Source of the DNA: TPA_inf: Saccharomyces
Taxonomy: Eukaryota
Length of the DNA: 64,000 bases
Direction: 5' to 3'
Assembly: GCA_000146045.2 (NCBI GenBank)
Contig: BK006946.2
Span: 800,001-864,000, forward strand
Shown here: positions 32,339 to 45,570 of the stretch, piece after piece
Position numbering within the stretch: the first letter of the stretch is position 1
Layout of the letters: each line of letters opens with the position of its first letter
Program-made: the position numbers and the translations under genes
The notes under the pieces: model-generated
Told to the model about the DNA's origin: nothing
The model's database searches: none
The model's input: only the letters and a program-made list of their open reading frames with translations

Positions 32339-33253
32339 ATGAAGATGTTGAGGCGTACAAAGGTAAATTTTTCAAAATTGCTTTACAAGATTACTAAACT
32401 AGCAATAGTACTGACGATCCTATATATTTATTTTACGCCCAAAATCGTCTCCCGAAACAATGCATCATTGCAGCATATTTTTCCTCATAAATATGGCGAT
32501 TATGAAATCAATTTGGTCATAGCGCACCCTGACGACGAAGTTATGTTTTTTTCCCCCATAATTTCTCAACTGAATTCGTACTTTCCGAGAACCGTCCCAT
32601 TTAACATAATCTGCTTATCAAAGGGCAACGCCGAAGGTCTTGGCGAAACCAGGGTAAGAGAATTAAATGAGTCGGCCGCTTTATTGCTACACAATGAAAG
32701 AGCAGTCTCCGTACAGGTGATGGATTTCCAGGATGGTATGGACGAAATATGGGATATTGATTCTATAACTTCTTCTCTTTCACAAAAGATAGATATAAAG
32801 AATCATAACTTGAACCAGATTATCGTTACCTTTGATTCATATGGTGTATCAAATCATATCAACCACAAAAGCTGTTATGCTGCCGTTAAAAAGTTGGTGG
32901 ATGATTATGCTCAACCTAAGACCAAAAGAAATGAACAACCACCTCATGTCACTGCGCTTTATTTGAGAAGCTACAAGAACAACATCGTTTTAAAGTACAA
33001 CTCCTTTATTTGGGAAATCCTAAAAATACTTTACGACCTGATTTCTCCATTCCGTAGAATAATTCAGGCGCTTCCGCCTAACACAGCCGCCGAAAAAGAC
33101 AAGCTTTCACTTATGAATACACATGCACAATACGTACTAGCGTTTGCCACTATGCTAAATGCTCACGAATCCCAAGTTGTGTGGTTTAGATACGGATGGT
33201 GGATATTTTCCAGATTTGTCTTCGTTAATGAATTTGATGTTTATACATATTAG
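32339..33253 (+). CDS. GPI12: GlcNAc-phosphatidylinositol de-N-acetylase (GPI anchor biosynthesis, PIG-L family)
   Basis: 304 aa. N-terminal TM segment and the PIG-L motif AHPDDE. Matches YMR281W. Confidence 0.85.
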   Translation: MKMLRRTKVNFSKLLYKITKLAIVLTILYIYFTPKIVSRNNASLQHIFPHKYGDYEINLVIAHPDDEVMFFSPIISQLNSYFPRTVPFNIICLSKGNAEGLGETRVRELNESAALLLHNERAVSVQVMDFQDGMDEIWDIDSITSSLSQKIDIKNHNLNQIIVTFDSYGVSNHINHKSCYAAVKKLVDDYAQPKTKRNEQPPHVTALYLRSYKNNIVLKYNSFIWEILKILYDLISPFRRIIQALPPNTAAEKDKLSLMNTHAQYVLAFATMLNAHESQVVWFRYGWWIFSRFVFVNEFDVYTY

Positions 33254-33355
33254 ACTCTACACTGTAGATATATATATAAAAAAGTCCCATATTATTTACA
33301 TCCTATAGAATAAGAATATGGAGAAAAATAAATGCTAATTCTACTTACACTTTTC

Positions 33356-35101
<1,746 letters not shown>

Positions 35102-35325
35102 TCATAAATTTAGGTAGTGGACTGTTAACGAAGGAGAGCTTCGTTAATTTGTTCTTGATTTTACATATTCTTTTCATTAGCCAATGTCTGAAGGGCTCTT
35201 TTTCAATGAACCTTTTCTGTTCAGGATAAACGGTAACCCGCTCTTTTTCTAATAAAAACTGACGTTATTTGATATTAAAATATACAGTGACATTGCGAGT
35301 AAACATCTCAGTATTGCCTAACTCA

Positions 35326-36867
35326 CTACATTAAAAAGCTATTGACGCTGTTCAGTGTTGCTCTTGAAGGGTTAACGTTGCGTCCTTTCAAGTGGGAAAT
35401 CAATTTTGTCAAGTGTTTTCTTACAATAAGCTTACTGATGTCCGGTAACTCCGACGTAAGCATCCATTCTTCAGTATATTTGGTACAAAGGATACTTAAG
35501 ATGACACCGATTGACATATCAGTACCTGTATTGCAGCATATTAGCATTGGCTTTATTTTTTCATCTCGATTTGTAAACAACGATTGAATTTCTCCATGGA
35601 TTCTAGGGAATGTGGATCGTAAAGCTTTTGAACTTTTCTTGTCTCCGCTTTGCAACTTGTATATTGAAATAAACGGATCTGTCCCACTTTCTTCTTCATC
35701 GTCTGTATCTTCAGCAACAGTCACCGAATTACTGAAAATTATAACTTTACCATATTCTGACTTCAATTTCTGTTTCAAATTCTTATTGATGGTTAAGCCT
35801 GAACTCACTTTTCCTAGAGATATCTCATTCGTAATTTTATCAATGTTTCCAAAGACTTCATCCAAGCTTCCTTTATCTTGTATATAACACTGATTTCTCA
35901 GCTTTGCAGCAGCCAAATCCATGATGTAATCATGTAACTGGTCGTCTGAATAACTTGCGTCGCCTAGGTATTCTATATGGGCCCAAAACATATTTGAATC
36001 CAAACCAAAAGACCAGAGCTCGTGATCGTCGGCTGCACCCTGCACATAAGTGAAGCCGTATCTTTTATCCATACCATCTTGTGCTTGATAGCTTACCGTG
36101 CACAAAATAATGGGTATTATGTTTTGGTCTTCAGGTGTTTCCCAGGCTTCATACTCCTGTACTTCACCCGTGAAGTAATCAACAGAATGGTCTAGAAGTG
36201 AAGAACCAGGGTGAACCCATATGGGCCGCAATAACTTACCCATAAACAGTTCGTTCAATTTCTTAGAATCTATAATATTCAATTTTTGTAGTTTAGCAAC
36301 TAGTTCGGGTATTTTTCGCTTAATCATGTCATATTCTGATTTGGGAACTGTCTCAGGTGGAAGATACAGTACCTTATCGATGGCAACATTTTTTTCTGTT
36401 TCCTGAAGCATTAACGTATTTAATACAGCACACCATATGGGGACAGTCTTACTCAAAGCATCTGGGATTTTTTTACCTCTTCTAGTACTATCGACAATTA
36501 TAATACCTTTATTATCTCGAATGGTCTCTAACAAATGAAAGTTCAATCTTCGGGTGCTAAAGTCCCATTGGTTGACATGCCCGTCTGTGCTCTTAAAGTA
36601 ACTGGTCTGTTTGAAACTTGATGGATTACAGTACCATAGCCCACATCTTTCATTGGGTATCAGTGGATAATGGGGAAATATAGGGATAACTCGATCTTGC
36701 AAAAATTTATTGTCTAAAAGAATACTCTGAAGTCGATTCCTTACGGACTTGTTTTCCTTTCTGATGTCTTTATTTATCTGAGATAGCGAAAGATAAATAT
36801 TTTCATCCATCACGGATATACTAAACTGTACTCTGGATCTATATCTCTTTGATAGCCTCGATACCAT
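35326..36867 (-). CDS. RIT1: Initiator-tRNA(Met) A64 2'-O-ribosylphosphate transferase
   Basis: 513 aa. Length and position match YMR283C, upstream of YKU70. Confidence 0.8.
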   Translation of the reverse strand: MVSRLSKRYRSRVQFSISVMDENIYLSLSQINKDIRKENKSVRNRLQSILLDNKFLQDRVIPIFPHYPLIPNERCGLWYCNPSSFKQTSYFKSTDGHVNQWDFSTRRLNFHLLETIRDNKGIIIVDSTRRGKKIPDALSKTVPIWCAVLNTLMLQETEKNVAIDKVLYLPPETVPKSEYDMIKRKIPELVAKLQKLNIIDSKKLNELFMGKLLRPIWVHPGSSLLDHSVDYFTGEVQEYEAWETPEDQNIIPIILCTVSYQAQDGMDKRYGFTYVQGAADDHELWSFGLDSNMFWAHIEYLGDASYSDDQLHDYIMDLAAAKLRNQCYIQDKGSLDEVFGNIDKITNEISLGKVSSGLTINKNLKQKLKSEYGKVIIFSNSVTVAEDTDDEEESGTDPFISIYKLQSGDKKSSKALRSTFPRIHGEIQSLFTNRDEKIKPMLICCNTGTDMSIGVILSILCTKYTEEWMLTSELPDISKLIVRKHLTKLISHLKGRNVNPSRATLNSVNSFLM

Positions 36868-37446
36868 CCATCAAGAGATCAAAATTTTCAAGCATGCTTT
36901 TTTTTTCCTGCATATGAACAATGAATAATGGGCCCAGTCACAGTTAAGCAGTAATAAGAACAAAGCACATAAACATACAACGCATATATGAAGAGCAATA
37001 GAGTGGTGGGATGATTTTAGAAGTTCATTTTTGATGAAGATGATAAGATTATGTAATAGCGGCTATGCTAAGCTCCCTTCGGGCATGGAAATCAACAAAA
37101 AAGTTGTAACCGTACATAATATGACGGGAAATGCAACAAGCTTTCCAAGAAGTAATGGAAGGCATAGCTAAAGGACTATCTGGCTCGGCCATAAGTTTGA
37201 AATTTGTGTATACAGGTATAGGAAACCCTTATACCTACCTAAATCGTCGAAGCTACTGATATATTGCGTATAGTCGATATGCCCAATGTAATTCATATTT
37301 CATACTCTTCTCTTGTACAGATTAAGGGCACCTGTTTTATTCTTAGAATATACTACAACCTGCCTACTAATTAACAATGATACTATTAACGGTGCAAAAC
37401 CGGATGCTCAAATTTAAAGTGATTACTCAGTTATAAACACGCCTGG

Positions 37447-37764
37447 TGTGAAATTAACGACCATTAATAAGAATAAATATTACTGGCATATTATAATATG
37501 CGGTGGAAAAACATAAAATAAGGATTGAGAAATAGTTATCAAGTATAATGGAAGCTGAAGTGCAAGGATTGATAATGTAATAGGATAATGAAACATATAA
37601 ACGGAATGAGGAATAATCGTAATTTTATTATGTAGAAATATAGATTCCATTTTGAGATTTCTATCCTCGAGGAGAACTTCTAATATATTCTGTGTACATA
37701 ATATTATATAGCCTTGATCAACAATGCAATCCCAACAATTATCAAATTATTCACCCAATATTCA
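37447..37764 (+). mobile_element. Diverged Ty1/Ty2 delta solo LTR; boundaries approximate
   Basis: Strong similarity to the delta consensus (ggaagctgaagtgcaaggattgataatgtaataggat…aacggaatgaggaataatcgtaat…gtagaaatatagattccattttgag…cctcgaggagaacttcta…aatcccaacaatta). It ends about 160 bp upstream of tRNA-Tyr. The 5' end is degenerate. Confidence 0.65.
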
Positions 37765-37927
37765 GTATAATCCATATTTATAGAATATATAGGATAATTA
37801 TCATCCCCTCAATCAAGTTGATATTCCGTTTTGACAACAGGTCACTTCTGCAAGGTTGCTTATATTAAAATTGTGAATAAGCATGATATTAGACGGACTC
37901 ATAATTGAATGGTTATCAGTTAATTGA

Positions 37928-38016
37928 CTCTCGGTAGCCAAGTTGGTTTAAGGCGCAAGACTGTAATTTACCACTACGAAATCTTGAGATCGGGCGTTCG
38001 ACTCGCCCCCGGGAGA
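37928..38016 (+). tRNA. tRNA-Tyr (GUA) with a 14-nt intron (37967-37980)
   Basis: CTCTCGGTAGCCAAGTTGGTTTAAGGCGCAAGACTGTAA[TTTACCACTACGAA]ATCTTGAGATCGGGCGTTCGACTCGCCCCCGGGAGA. This is the canonical yeast tRNA-Tyr with the intron 1 nt 3' of anticodon GTA, and a B-box GGTTCGACTC. It is one of the two chr XIII tY(GUA) copies (SUP5 or SUP8); I cannot say which. Confidence 0.9.
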
Positions 38017-38018
38017 TA

Positions 38019-38025
38019 TTTTTTT
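38019..38025 (+). terminator. Pol III terminator (T7) for tRNA-Tyr
   Basis: T-run begins 3 nt after the tRNA 3' end. Confidence 0.7.
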
Positions 38026-38186
38026 ACTTTTGATTACCTTAATTTTTGAAGATTCTCAATTTCATGTATTAGGGATTGCTTTAAGGTAGCTACCAAATGA
38101 CATTCTCTGTATTACTGTTCTAGTTTTCAACAGTAAAGCTATGATTTGTTAAGTGACTCTAAGCCTGATTTTAAAACGGGAATATT

Positions 38187-39995
38187 ATGCGCTCAGTCAC
38201 TAATGCATTTGGCAATAGTGGAGAACTTAACGATCAAGTGGATGAAACAGGTTATAGGAAGTTTGATATCCATGAAGGAATTTTGTTTTGCATTGAACTA
38301 TCAGAGACAATGTTTAAAGAGTCCTCTGATCTAGAGTATAAATCACCATTGTTGGAAATTCTGGAATCACTAGATGAGCTAATGTCACAATTGGTCATAA
38401 CAAGACCTGGGACAGCTATTGGTTGCTATTTTTATTACTGTAACAGAGAGGATGCCAAGGAAGGTATCTATGAACTTTTTCCATTAAGGGATATAAATGC
38501 TACATTTATGAAGAAATTGAACGATCTTTTAGAAGATTTATCATCGGGGAGAATAAGCCTATACGACTATTTTATGTTTCAACAAACTGGGAGTGAAAAG
38601 CAAGTGCGCTTATCTGTATTATTCACATTCATGCTTGACACTTTTTTGGAAGAGATTCCGGGTCAAAAGCAATTAAGCAACAAGAGAGTGTTCTTATTCA
38701 CTGACATTGATAAACCACAAGAGGCGCAAGATATCGATGAACGGGCAAGATTGAGAAGGCTTACAATTGATTTATTTGATAACAAAGTGAATTTTGCAAC
38801 TTTTTTTATTGGCTATGCCGATAAACCATTTGACAACGAGTTTTATTCGGACATACTGCAGTTGGGTTCACATACAAATGAGAATACTGGTTTGGATTCT
38901 GAATTTGATGGTCCAAGTACAAAGCCTATAGATGCTAAATACATCAAGTCCAGAATCCTAAGGAAAAAGGAGGTAAAGAGGATAATGTTTCAATGTCCAT
39001 TAATCTTGGATGAGAAAACAAATTTTATAGTCGGAGTCAAGGGTTACACTATGTATACCCATGAAAAAGCTGGAGTCAGGTATAAACTTGTTTATGAGCA
39101 TGAAGATATCAGACAAGAAGCATATTCAAAAAGAAAATTTTTAAATCCTATAACAGGAGAAGACGTTACTGGTAAAACTGTCAAGGTTTATCCTTATGGT
39201 GACCTCGATATCAATCTATCAGATAGTCAAGATCAGATAGTAATGGAGGCTTATACTCAAAAAGATGCGTTTTTGAAGATTATTGGGTTCCGTTCATCGA
39301 GCAAATCGATACACTATTTCAATAACATAGACAAAAGTTCGTTTATCGTACCAGATGAAGCAAAATATGAAGGTTCGATAAGAACCTTGGCTTCTTTATT
39401 AAAAATTTTGAGAAAAAAAGATAAAATTGCAATATTATGGGGGAAGCTTAAATCAAATTCACATCCTTCACTATATACGTTATCACCCTCAAGCGTGAAG
39501 GACTACAACGAAGGATTTTATCTCTACAGGGTTCCATTCCTAGACGAAATTCGAAAATTTCCTAGTTTACTATCCTATGATGATGGCTCTGAACATAAAC
39601 TAGATTATGATAACATGAAAAAAGTAACTCAAAGTATAATGGGATACTTTAACTTGAGGGATGGATATAACCCATCCGATTTCAAAAACCCACTATTACA
39701 AAAACATTACAAAGTTTTACATGATTACCTGTTGCAAATTGAAACCACTTTTGACGAAAATGAGACACCTAATACTAAAAAAGACAGAATGATGCGTGAG
39801 GACGATTCTTTAAGGAAACTATATTATATACGAAATAAAATTTTAGAATCTGAGAAGTCAGAAGATCCAATCATCCAAAGGCTAAATAAATATGTTAAAA
39901 TCTGGAATATGTTCTACAAAAAATTTAACGATGATAACATTTCGATAAAAGAAGAAAAGAAGCCCTTTGATAAAAAGCCGAAATTCAATATATAA
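38187..39995 (+). CDS. YKU70: Ku70 subunit of the Ku heterodimer (NHEJ, telomere maintenance)
   Basis: 602 aa. Ku70/80 beta-barrel region. Matches YMR284W. Confidence 0.85.
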   Translation: MRSVTNAFGNSGELNDQVDETGYRKFDIHEGILFCIELSETMFKESSDLEYKSPLLEILESLDELMSQLVITRPGTAIGCYFYYCNREDAKEGIYELFPLRDINATFMKKLNDLLEDLSSGRISLYDYFMFQQTGSEKQVRLSVLFTFMLDTFLEEIPGQKQLSNKRVFLFTDIDKPQEAQDIDERARLRRLTIDLFDNKVNFATFFIGYADKPFDNEFYSDILQLGSHTNENTGLDSEFDGPSTKPIDAKYIKSRILRKKEVKRIMFQCPLILDEKTNFIVGVKGYTMYTHEKAGVRYKLVYEHEDIRQEAYSKRKFLNPITGEDVTGKTVKVYPYGDLDINLSDSQDQIVMEAYTQKDAFLKIIGFRSSSKSIHYFNNIDKSSFIVPDEAKYEGSIRTLASLLKILRKKDKIAILWGKLKSNSHPSLYTLSPSSVKDYNEGFYLYRVPFLDEIRKFPSLLSYDDGSEHKLDYDNMKKVTQSIMGYFNLRDGYNPSDFKNPLLQKHYKVLHDYLLQIETTFDENETPNTKKDRMMREDDSLRKLYYIRNKILESEKSEDPIIQRLNKYVKIWNMFYKKFNDDNISIKEEKKPFDKKPKFNI

Positions 39996-40143
39996 AGACG
40001 ATTGAAATCCTTCATATCTATAACGTTACATACAATATTTGGTAGGGTAGGGTATTTGATGTAATATTTATTATTAAGAACTTTTGTCGTGCTAAACGTT
40101 GTACTGTACAACTATTAGCAAGATATTTATGCACGACAGTAAT

Positions 40144-41691
40144 CTATAGTTGTAACTCTAAATCACACACCATAGACAAATGATCACTTGCATATTCTCC
40201 AACATGTGGTTGTCCATGCTTTGTCATTTCATTACCGGGCGGCATTCTCAAAAAACCTCTGCATTTAACTTTATTTTCTTTTTCAAAATCGCCAAGGGTT
40301 TCCACTTCCTGACAATTACTTTGTGGGTCCCATTTCTTTACATAAAATAGATAGTCTAATAAACCACGCCAAGTGTTTGCCCAATTTGAAATTTCAGGCT
40401 CACCTCTATCATTATCAAGACCTGCATTTTCTGGATGAACATTCTTATACCCAACAGAGTATAGTGAAATAGCCCTCATATCCAATGAGTTATGGAGTTG
40501 TGCCATTTTATCTACGAGTTCAGACTGTTCTTCATTAGCATGAAATTTTTCAGGAACGGGGCTCTCAGGTTGATCTTTACCATATTTTTCAATATTCCCG
40601 CCTTCTTCGTCATCTGCACCTTCTTCGCCATCACGGACCTTGGAAAACTTATATGAAGTGCTGCACCCAATGACGGTCTTTGCCCTGTTTCTATAGTGCA
40701 CTGGTTTGGATGTCATAGATAAATATGGTGTGTCGAACGGCTGGGAATTAAAATCACCACAGAAAAAAGGAAACCAATGAGATAAATCCCCATCATTTTC
40801 GTTCTGTAAAACATTCACACGATGCATGAATTCCTTCATCTTTTTTAAAACAATATAGCATTGTCTTGTTCGTTCATAAGTACCAAATGGATGCCAAAAT
40901 AGATGCGTAGTGCCGATCAAGATACCGCATTTTTTAGACGATTTTTTACCCAAATTCGACAGTACTTTCTCAGAAAACTTCAAGGCTAAGACTAATCCCA
41001 CGTTGTTTGTCGTTGTTCTAGTGGAAATGCTTTCTGAACTTTCTTTATCATAGTCGATTAGCATTTTGTCAACCTGGTGAAATAATTCTCTCCTCCACAT
41101 TATCGCGACACCATGGTTTTTTGTAGCATTTCTATAATATTGTCCATCGTATCCCAATTTACTGAATTCATCTTTCCAAAAGCTTTGAAACTGAATATGA
41201 TCAATCTCTTGCAAACAAATGACATCGGAATTATAATATTTAAACTCGTTTAAGAGAACTTTAGAACGCCTGTACCATTTTAAAGCGTCACCACTATCCG
41301 GGAACAGCTTTCTGCGGATTAGAGCTTGCGCCAAGCAATTATAAGTCATTAGCTTGAATCTAAATCCAGTTACTGGCTCTGCCTCATGTAGAGATAGGAA
41401 AGGTCTTCTGATAAAATGCAGCTCTGGCGGGCAGTCCGGATCAACACCTTGAGCCAACATTGCATCTCTTTTAGCCTTTCTCATAACTTCCCTTTCGGCA
41501 CGAACCTTAGCGATATGTTCTGGGGTCACTATGGGCTTCGATTTTTTACCTTTCTTGCCCTTCTTTTTATGTTGAAGTAACGAATCATCATTGGTTTGAT
41601 GTTTTGCATCTTTTACAGATTTATTAATTTCTACTTCTTGGTCGGGCGCAACATCTGGGGCAACCACTTTGACTTCTTTGTCTTGTGTCAT
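40144..41691 (-). CDS. NGL2: CCR4-family endonuclease/exonuclease/phosphatase-domain protein (5.8S rRNA 3' processing)
   Basis: 515 aa. EEP-fold motifs (…ICLQEID…, …GDFNS…, …SDHLS…). Matches YMR285C. Confidence 0.85.
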   Translation of the reverse strand: MTQDKEVKVVAPDVAPDQEVEINKSVKDAKHQTNDDSLLQHKKKGKKGKKSKPIVTPEHIAKVRAEREVMRKAKRDAMLAQGVDPDCPPELHFIRRPFLSLHEAEPVTGFRFKLMTYNCLAQALIRRKLFPDSGDALKWYRRSKVLLNEFKYYNSDVICLQEIDHIQFQSFWKDEFSKLGYDGQYYRNATKNHGVAIMWRRELFHQVDKMLIDYDKESSESISTRTTTNNVGLVLALKFSEKVLSNLGKKSSKKCGILIGTTHLFWHPFGTYERTRQCYIVLKKMKEFMHRVNVLQNENDGDLSHWFPFFCGDFNSQPFDTPYLSMTSKPVHYRNRAKTVIGCSTSYKFSKVRDGEEGADDEEGGNIEKYGKDQPESPVPEKFHANEEQSELVDKMAQLHNSLDMRAISLYSVGYKNVHPENAGLDNDRGEPEISNWANTWRGLLDYLFYVKKWDPQSNCQEVETLGDFEKENKVKCRGFLRMPPGNEMTKHGQPHVGEYASDHLSMVCDLELQL

Positions 41692-41926
41692 ATTTACTTA
41701 ATACTCTTAACTACAATTAAGAAGCTATAAGGAGACTACAATCTCATCTTCTTGCAACACTACTTTTCCTTTCCTCTTGCTTTAGTGCAACCATTTTTTG
41801 AAAAATGAATGGTCTTTCTGCACGAAATATCTCTCGAAGAGCTTTTCTAGATATTAAGGATAAAGTATATCATCCCAAAAGTTAGGTGATGGAATCAATA
41901 TTGATGGACCAGCTAAAACACGTTGA

Positions 41927-42202
<276 letters not shown>

Positions 42203-42435
42203 AACAGCGAAAATAAGGCAACTGGATTTCCTTTCTTCTTGATATTCCTGACTTATATATGTATATAGTATTATTTTTTCCTGCATAGGCACATATGTTA
42301 ATAGTAATTTATGCAATTTTTGATACAAAGAAATCAATACACTATCTCGATTTCATATTTTATGTATGTATATATTTACAAGAAGAAAATTATGCATGGT
42401 CTATTGAATTTTATATTTGGAAAAAGAGTCCCTTT

Positions 42436-45348
42436 TTATAGCTTTTCCAACTCTAACATTCCTTCTAAACAGTCAATTTTTGAAATTTTACAATTCTTCA
42501 CGATATCTCCAATCATCGGATAATGCATAGAACTTGGATGCAATTTTAATGTTCCTCTAGCGAACGATAAGTCTGGAAAAACACATCCAGTAAATCCGTT
42601 CTGCGGTACTGATGTTACCATTACATCGAAAGTCCTTTCTGGCTCTAGTTTGGTTAGCTTTTTTAAATAATTCAGTGTCCAGTACGTCGACGAATTACGG
42701 CTAGCCCTTTTTAAAATATCCGCTCGAGATTGAATTGGCCAGATCAAACTGTCGATTTGTGTTTGATTAAAACATAGAGGCTTTTTCTGCAAATGACGGT
42801 GAATTTGTAGATGATTTATCAAGTCTGGAAAACGACGAAGAGGGGATGTTACTGTCAAATATTGTTTAGCTCCAATCATTTCATGTCTAAAAGGTCGACC
42901 TGTATAAAAACTCGAGTTCAACAATGAAGAAAGCTTAACGATATCTTTTAGCTTGGGAAAAATTCCTTTTTTTGTACTTGTTATCATAGAATCATACTGT
43001 TGTTGTGCTACTTCGCCCAGTGGTAACTGTTTATAACATCTGAACACACCACCGATTTTGTTCTCCGCAAAATATCTACCCGTTAAAGTATTCGCCAAGA
43101 TCATCATTTCTGAAACCAAAATGGTAGACAGCGTCTCCTCTTGATCCGAAAATGTTACCTCAGTCAGTTCTCCTTCTGAATCGGCGTTTAGCATCACTAG
43201 GCCCTTATTAAAGCCCTCCCCGAAAATAACAGCATTACTGTTTTTTATACGTTGTTCTCTCAATAATTTGGAAATCATGGACAAACTTTCCAAATCCTTT
43301 TTGACAGGTGATGCTTCGCTATTGGGTGTACCGAGTATCCTGTCAACATCTTCATAAGTGGCCTTTGGGAAGTTGGACACAATGCCTTTCCGGATTTTAA
43401 AACTGTCATACATAATTTCAATTGATTTTCCACTGCATTTAGAAGTGATTTTAACATCAACAGAGAAGGATATAGTTTTCGTCCTTTGTCCTTGTTTCCC
43501 CAAATCTGATAAGTGACAAATAGATTGAGGTAACATAGGAACAACCGTATCTGGTAAATATGTGGTAAATGATCTTTTCAAGGCAACATTTAGGATATCT
43601 GTACTTATACCCTCAATATCAACATTAGTGCTTTCCGGAAACATAGAAGTTGGATCCGCAATATGAATATATAAAGTGTACAGTCCATCTCTACCATAGT
43701 TTTTCACCGACACGCCGTCATCAATCTCATGCGCAGTTTCAGAGTCTATACAAAAAACCCTAAGATCGCCAAAATCGTACCTATCGTCATCAGTGCCGGA
43801 TTTTTTCCATTGCAATTCTTCTATATTAGTTAAGTCGTAGAGTTTTTGTTGCCATTTCACTAACTTCGAGGAAGCAGGTAATGCTAAATCCATGTTAAGT
43901 AACAATGGATTGGGTATTGAGTTGGGTGTTATCTCATTGATTAAATCTTGACATATATCTCTTGTGATGTCACAATCCTTATAGCGTTCTATCTTTCTGA
44001 ATATTTTTGAGATCAAAGCTACTATAATTCCGTTATTGTGAAAATTCCCAGCAGCAAAATCTTTCAATAATTGGATCACAGAAGGATATAAAGCTGATAT
44101 ATCGCGATATTTCCTTTCATTCACCAATTTTACAAACTTATTGACCTCTCTATAACTGTTGGCTTCTAGCTTCTCTATCACCTGCGCATAATATAAATGT
44201 TGTGATTTTAAGGGAATAATCGTTACTGATATAGGCGACAGCAACGCTGTATTCAGATGGATTTCCCCCCAAAGGTTCGATTCCTGTTGTTGCATAATCG
44301 CCCAGTACGTGGAAACAAAGGTAGGTGAATTTATTGGTATATCGTTTACAGTGTGATAGTTATTAACTAAACTAGTTAAGTAATTTATTCCATTTTTATC
44401 GTCCAAGGCTTTATTTAAATCCAATTTCTGAACTAATCCGACTAGGGTAAAAAAAGGAATCTGCCATGGACCCATATAATTTTGTAATGATCTGTGGAGT
44501 AACTGTAATTTTTTGGTAGTAATGGGCAAATCTTTCCAGGCCAACTTTGAAATTTGGGCTGGATACCTACTTGTTATTAGCTGCCTTGCTACAATAGGCA
44601 AAATATTCGTTTGGTTAGAAAAGTTCTTAACGGTTCCAATTGGCAAATGTTTGTGATGGCTCTCAGGCTGTATAAGTGAATGGATTCCAGCAGGTAATTT
44701 GTGAGGAATCCTCAATAACACCCGGTTTTTGGTCGCAAAGCACATAGTTCCATCAATAGTAACAAAAGTGTATCGAGGATCCATAGTGCTACTTGGAAGA
44801 CTTACACACATCGCCAATTCATTGGGTCTCATTTTTAAAAGAACAAAGTCACCAACATTTAAGGGACTTTCCATTAGCTGAACAGGTTGAAATTCCATTG
44901 GGTTTGGAGCTTTCAGTTTTGTTATTAATTGAAAATCTGAATTTATTAACTTGTAAAGCGGAATTTTTGGTTTTGTTAAAGACCTCCAGGAGTTTACGTA
45001 CCAATCTTCGGAAGGTTTAACATACCTATCTTTATAACGTTGGTTAAATTCCTGTTTAATTTGAGGCAGTTGTTTTAATTCAATATCAGGCTCTAATCCT
45101 TTTGTTCGTTGCAGAAAGTCTTTGTTTATTGATTCTATATCTTTCTCCGGTCCAACCGAACGGTCTACAACTGTCTCTGTAGCTTGATCATTATCTAGCT
45201 CTCGTGTGTGATCTAGTTCTACTTTTGCTTGCTGCTTACTCTTACTTCGCTGTCGTTTGCCTCTGGTAGTTACTCTGAAGCAAGGTGTGTAGGAATGAAA
45301 GCTCCTTGCAATTAGAAGAACATGTACTTTCCGCCTAACTACCATCAC
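42436..45348 (-). CDS. DSS1: Mitochondrial 3'-5' exoribonuclease (RNB/RNase II family), degradosome catalytic subunit
   Basis: 970 aa. N-terminal presequence-like region and an RNB domain in the C-terminal half. Matches YMR287C (DSS1/MSU1). Confidence 0.85.
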   Translation of the reverse strand: MMVVRRKVHVLLIARSFHSYTPCFRVTTRGKRQRSKSKQQAKVELDHTRELDNDQATETVVDRSVGPEKDIESINKDFLQRTKGLEPDIELKQLPQIKQEFNQRYKDRYVKPSEDWYVNSWRSLTKPKIPLYKLINSDFQLITKLKAPNPMEFQPVQLMESPLNVGDFVLLKMRPNELAMCVSLPSSTMDPRYTFVTIDGTMCFATKNRVLLRIPHKLPAGIHSLIQPESHHKHLPIGTVKNFSNQTNILPIVARQLITSRYPAQISKLAWKDLPITTKKLQLLHRSLQNYMGPWQIPFFTLVGLVQKLDLNKALDDKNGINYLTSLVNNYHTVNDIPINSPTFVSTYWAIMQQQESNLWGEIHLNTALLSPISVTIIPLKSQHLYYAQVIEKLEANSYREVNKFVKLVNERKYRDISALYPSVIQLLKDFAAGNFHNNGIIVALISKIFRKIERYKDCDITRDICQDLINEITPNSIPNPLLLNMDLALPASSKLVKWQQKLYDLTNIEELQWKKSGTDDDRYDFGDLRVFCIDSETAHEIDDGVSVKNYGRDGLYTLYIHIADPTSMFPESTNVDIEGISTDILNVALKRSFTTYLPDTVVPMLPQSICHLSDLGKQGQRTKTISFSVDVKITSKCSGKSIEIMYDSFKIRKGIVSNFPKATYEDVDRILGTPNSEASPVKKDLESLSMISKLLREQRIKNSNAVIFGEGFNKGLVMLNADSEGELTEVTFSDQEETLSTILVSEMMILANTLTGRYFAENKIGGVFRCYKQLPLGEVAQQQYDSMITSTKKGIFPKLKDIVKLSSLLNSSFYTGRPFRHEMIGAKQYLTVTSPLRRFPDLINHLQIHRHLQKKPLCFNQTQIDSLIWPIQSRADILKRASRNSSTYWTLNYLKKLTKLEPERTFDVMVTSVPQNGFTGCVFPDLSFARGTLKLHPSSMHYPMIGDIVKNCKISKIDCLEGMLELEKL

Positions 45349-45570
45349 CTGTCTTTATTTATTCCGCTGACAGATATGCACAACCAATTATCGTCTCTTG
45401 AAAGCTTTTTAGACGTGATTGCTGTTATTTGGCACGTTGTTAGTATTTAAGCTTATTCGGGTTTGCATTGATATTTGCCCGAGCAGAAATCTCCTTCTCG
45501 ATGAGTTAGAACTGAAACATCTCTTCAATTACTTATACATAATAAACATAGAAAGCCAGGACCTGTCATC

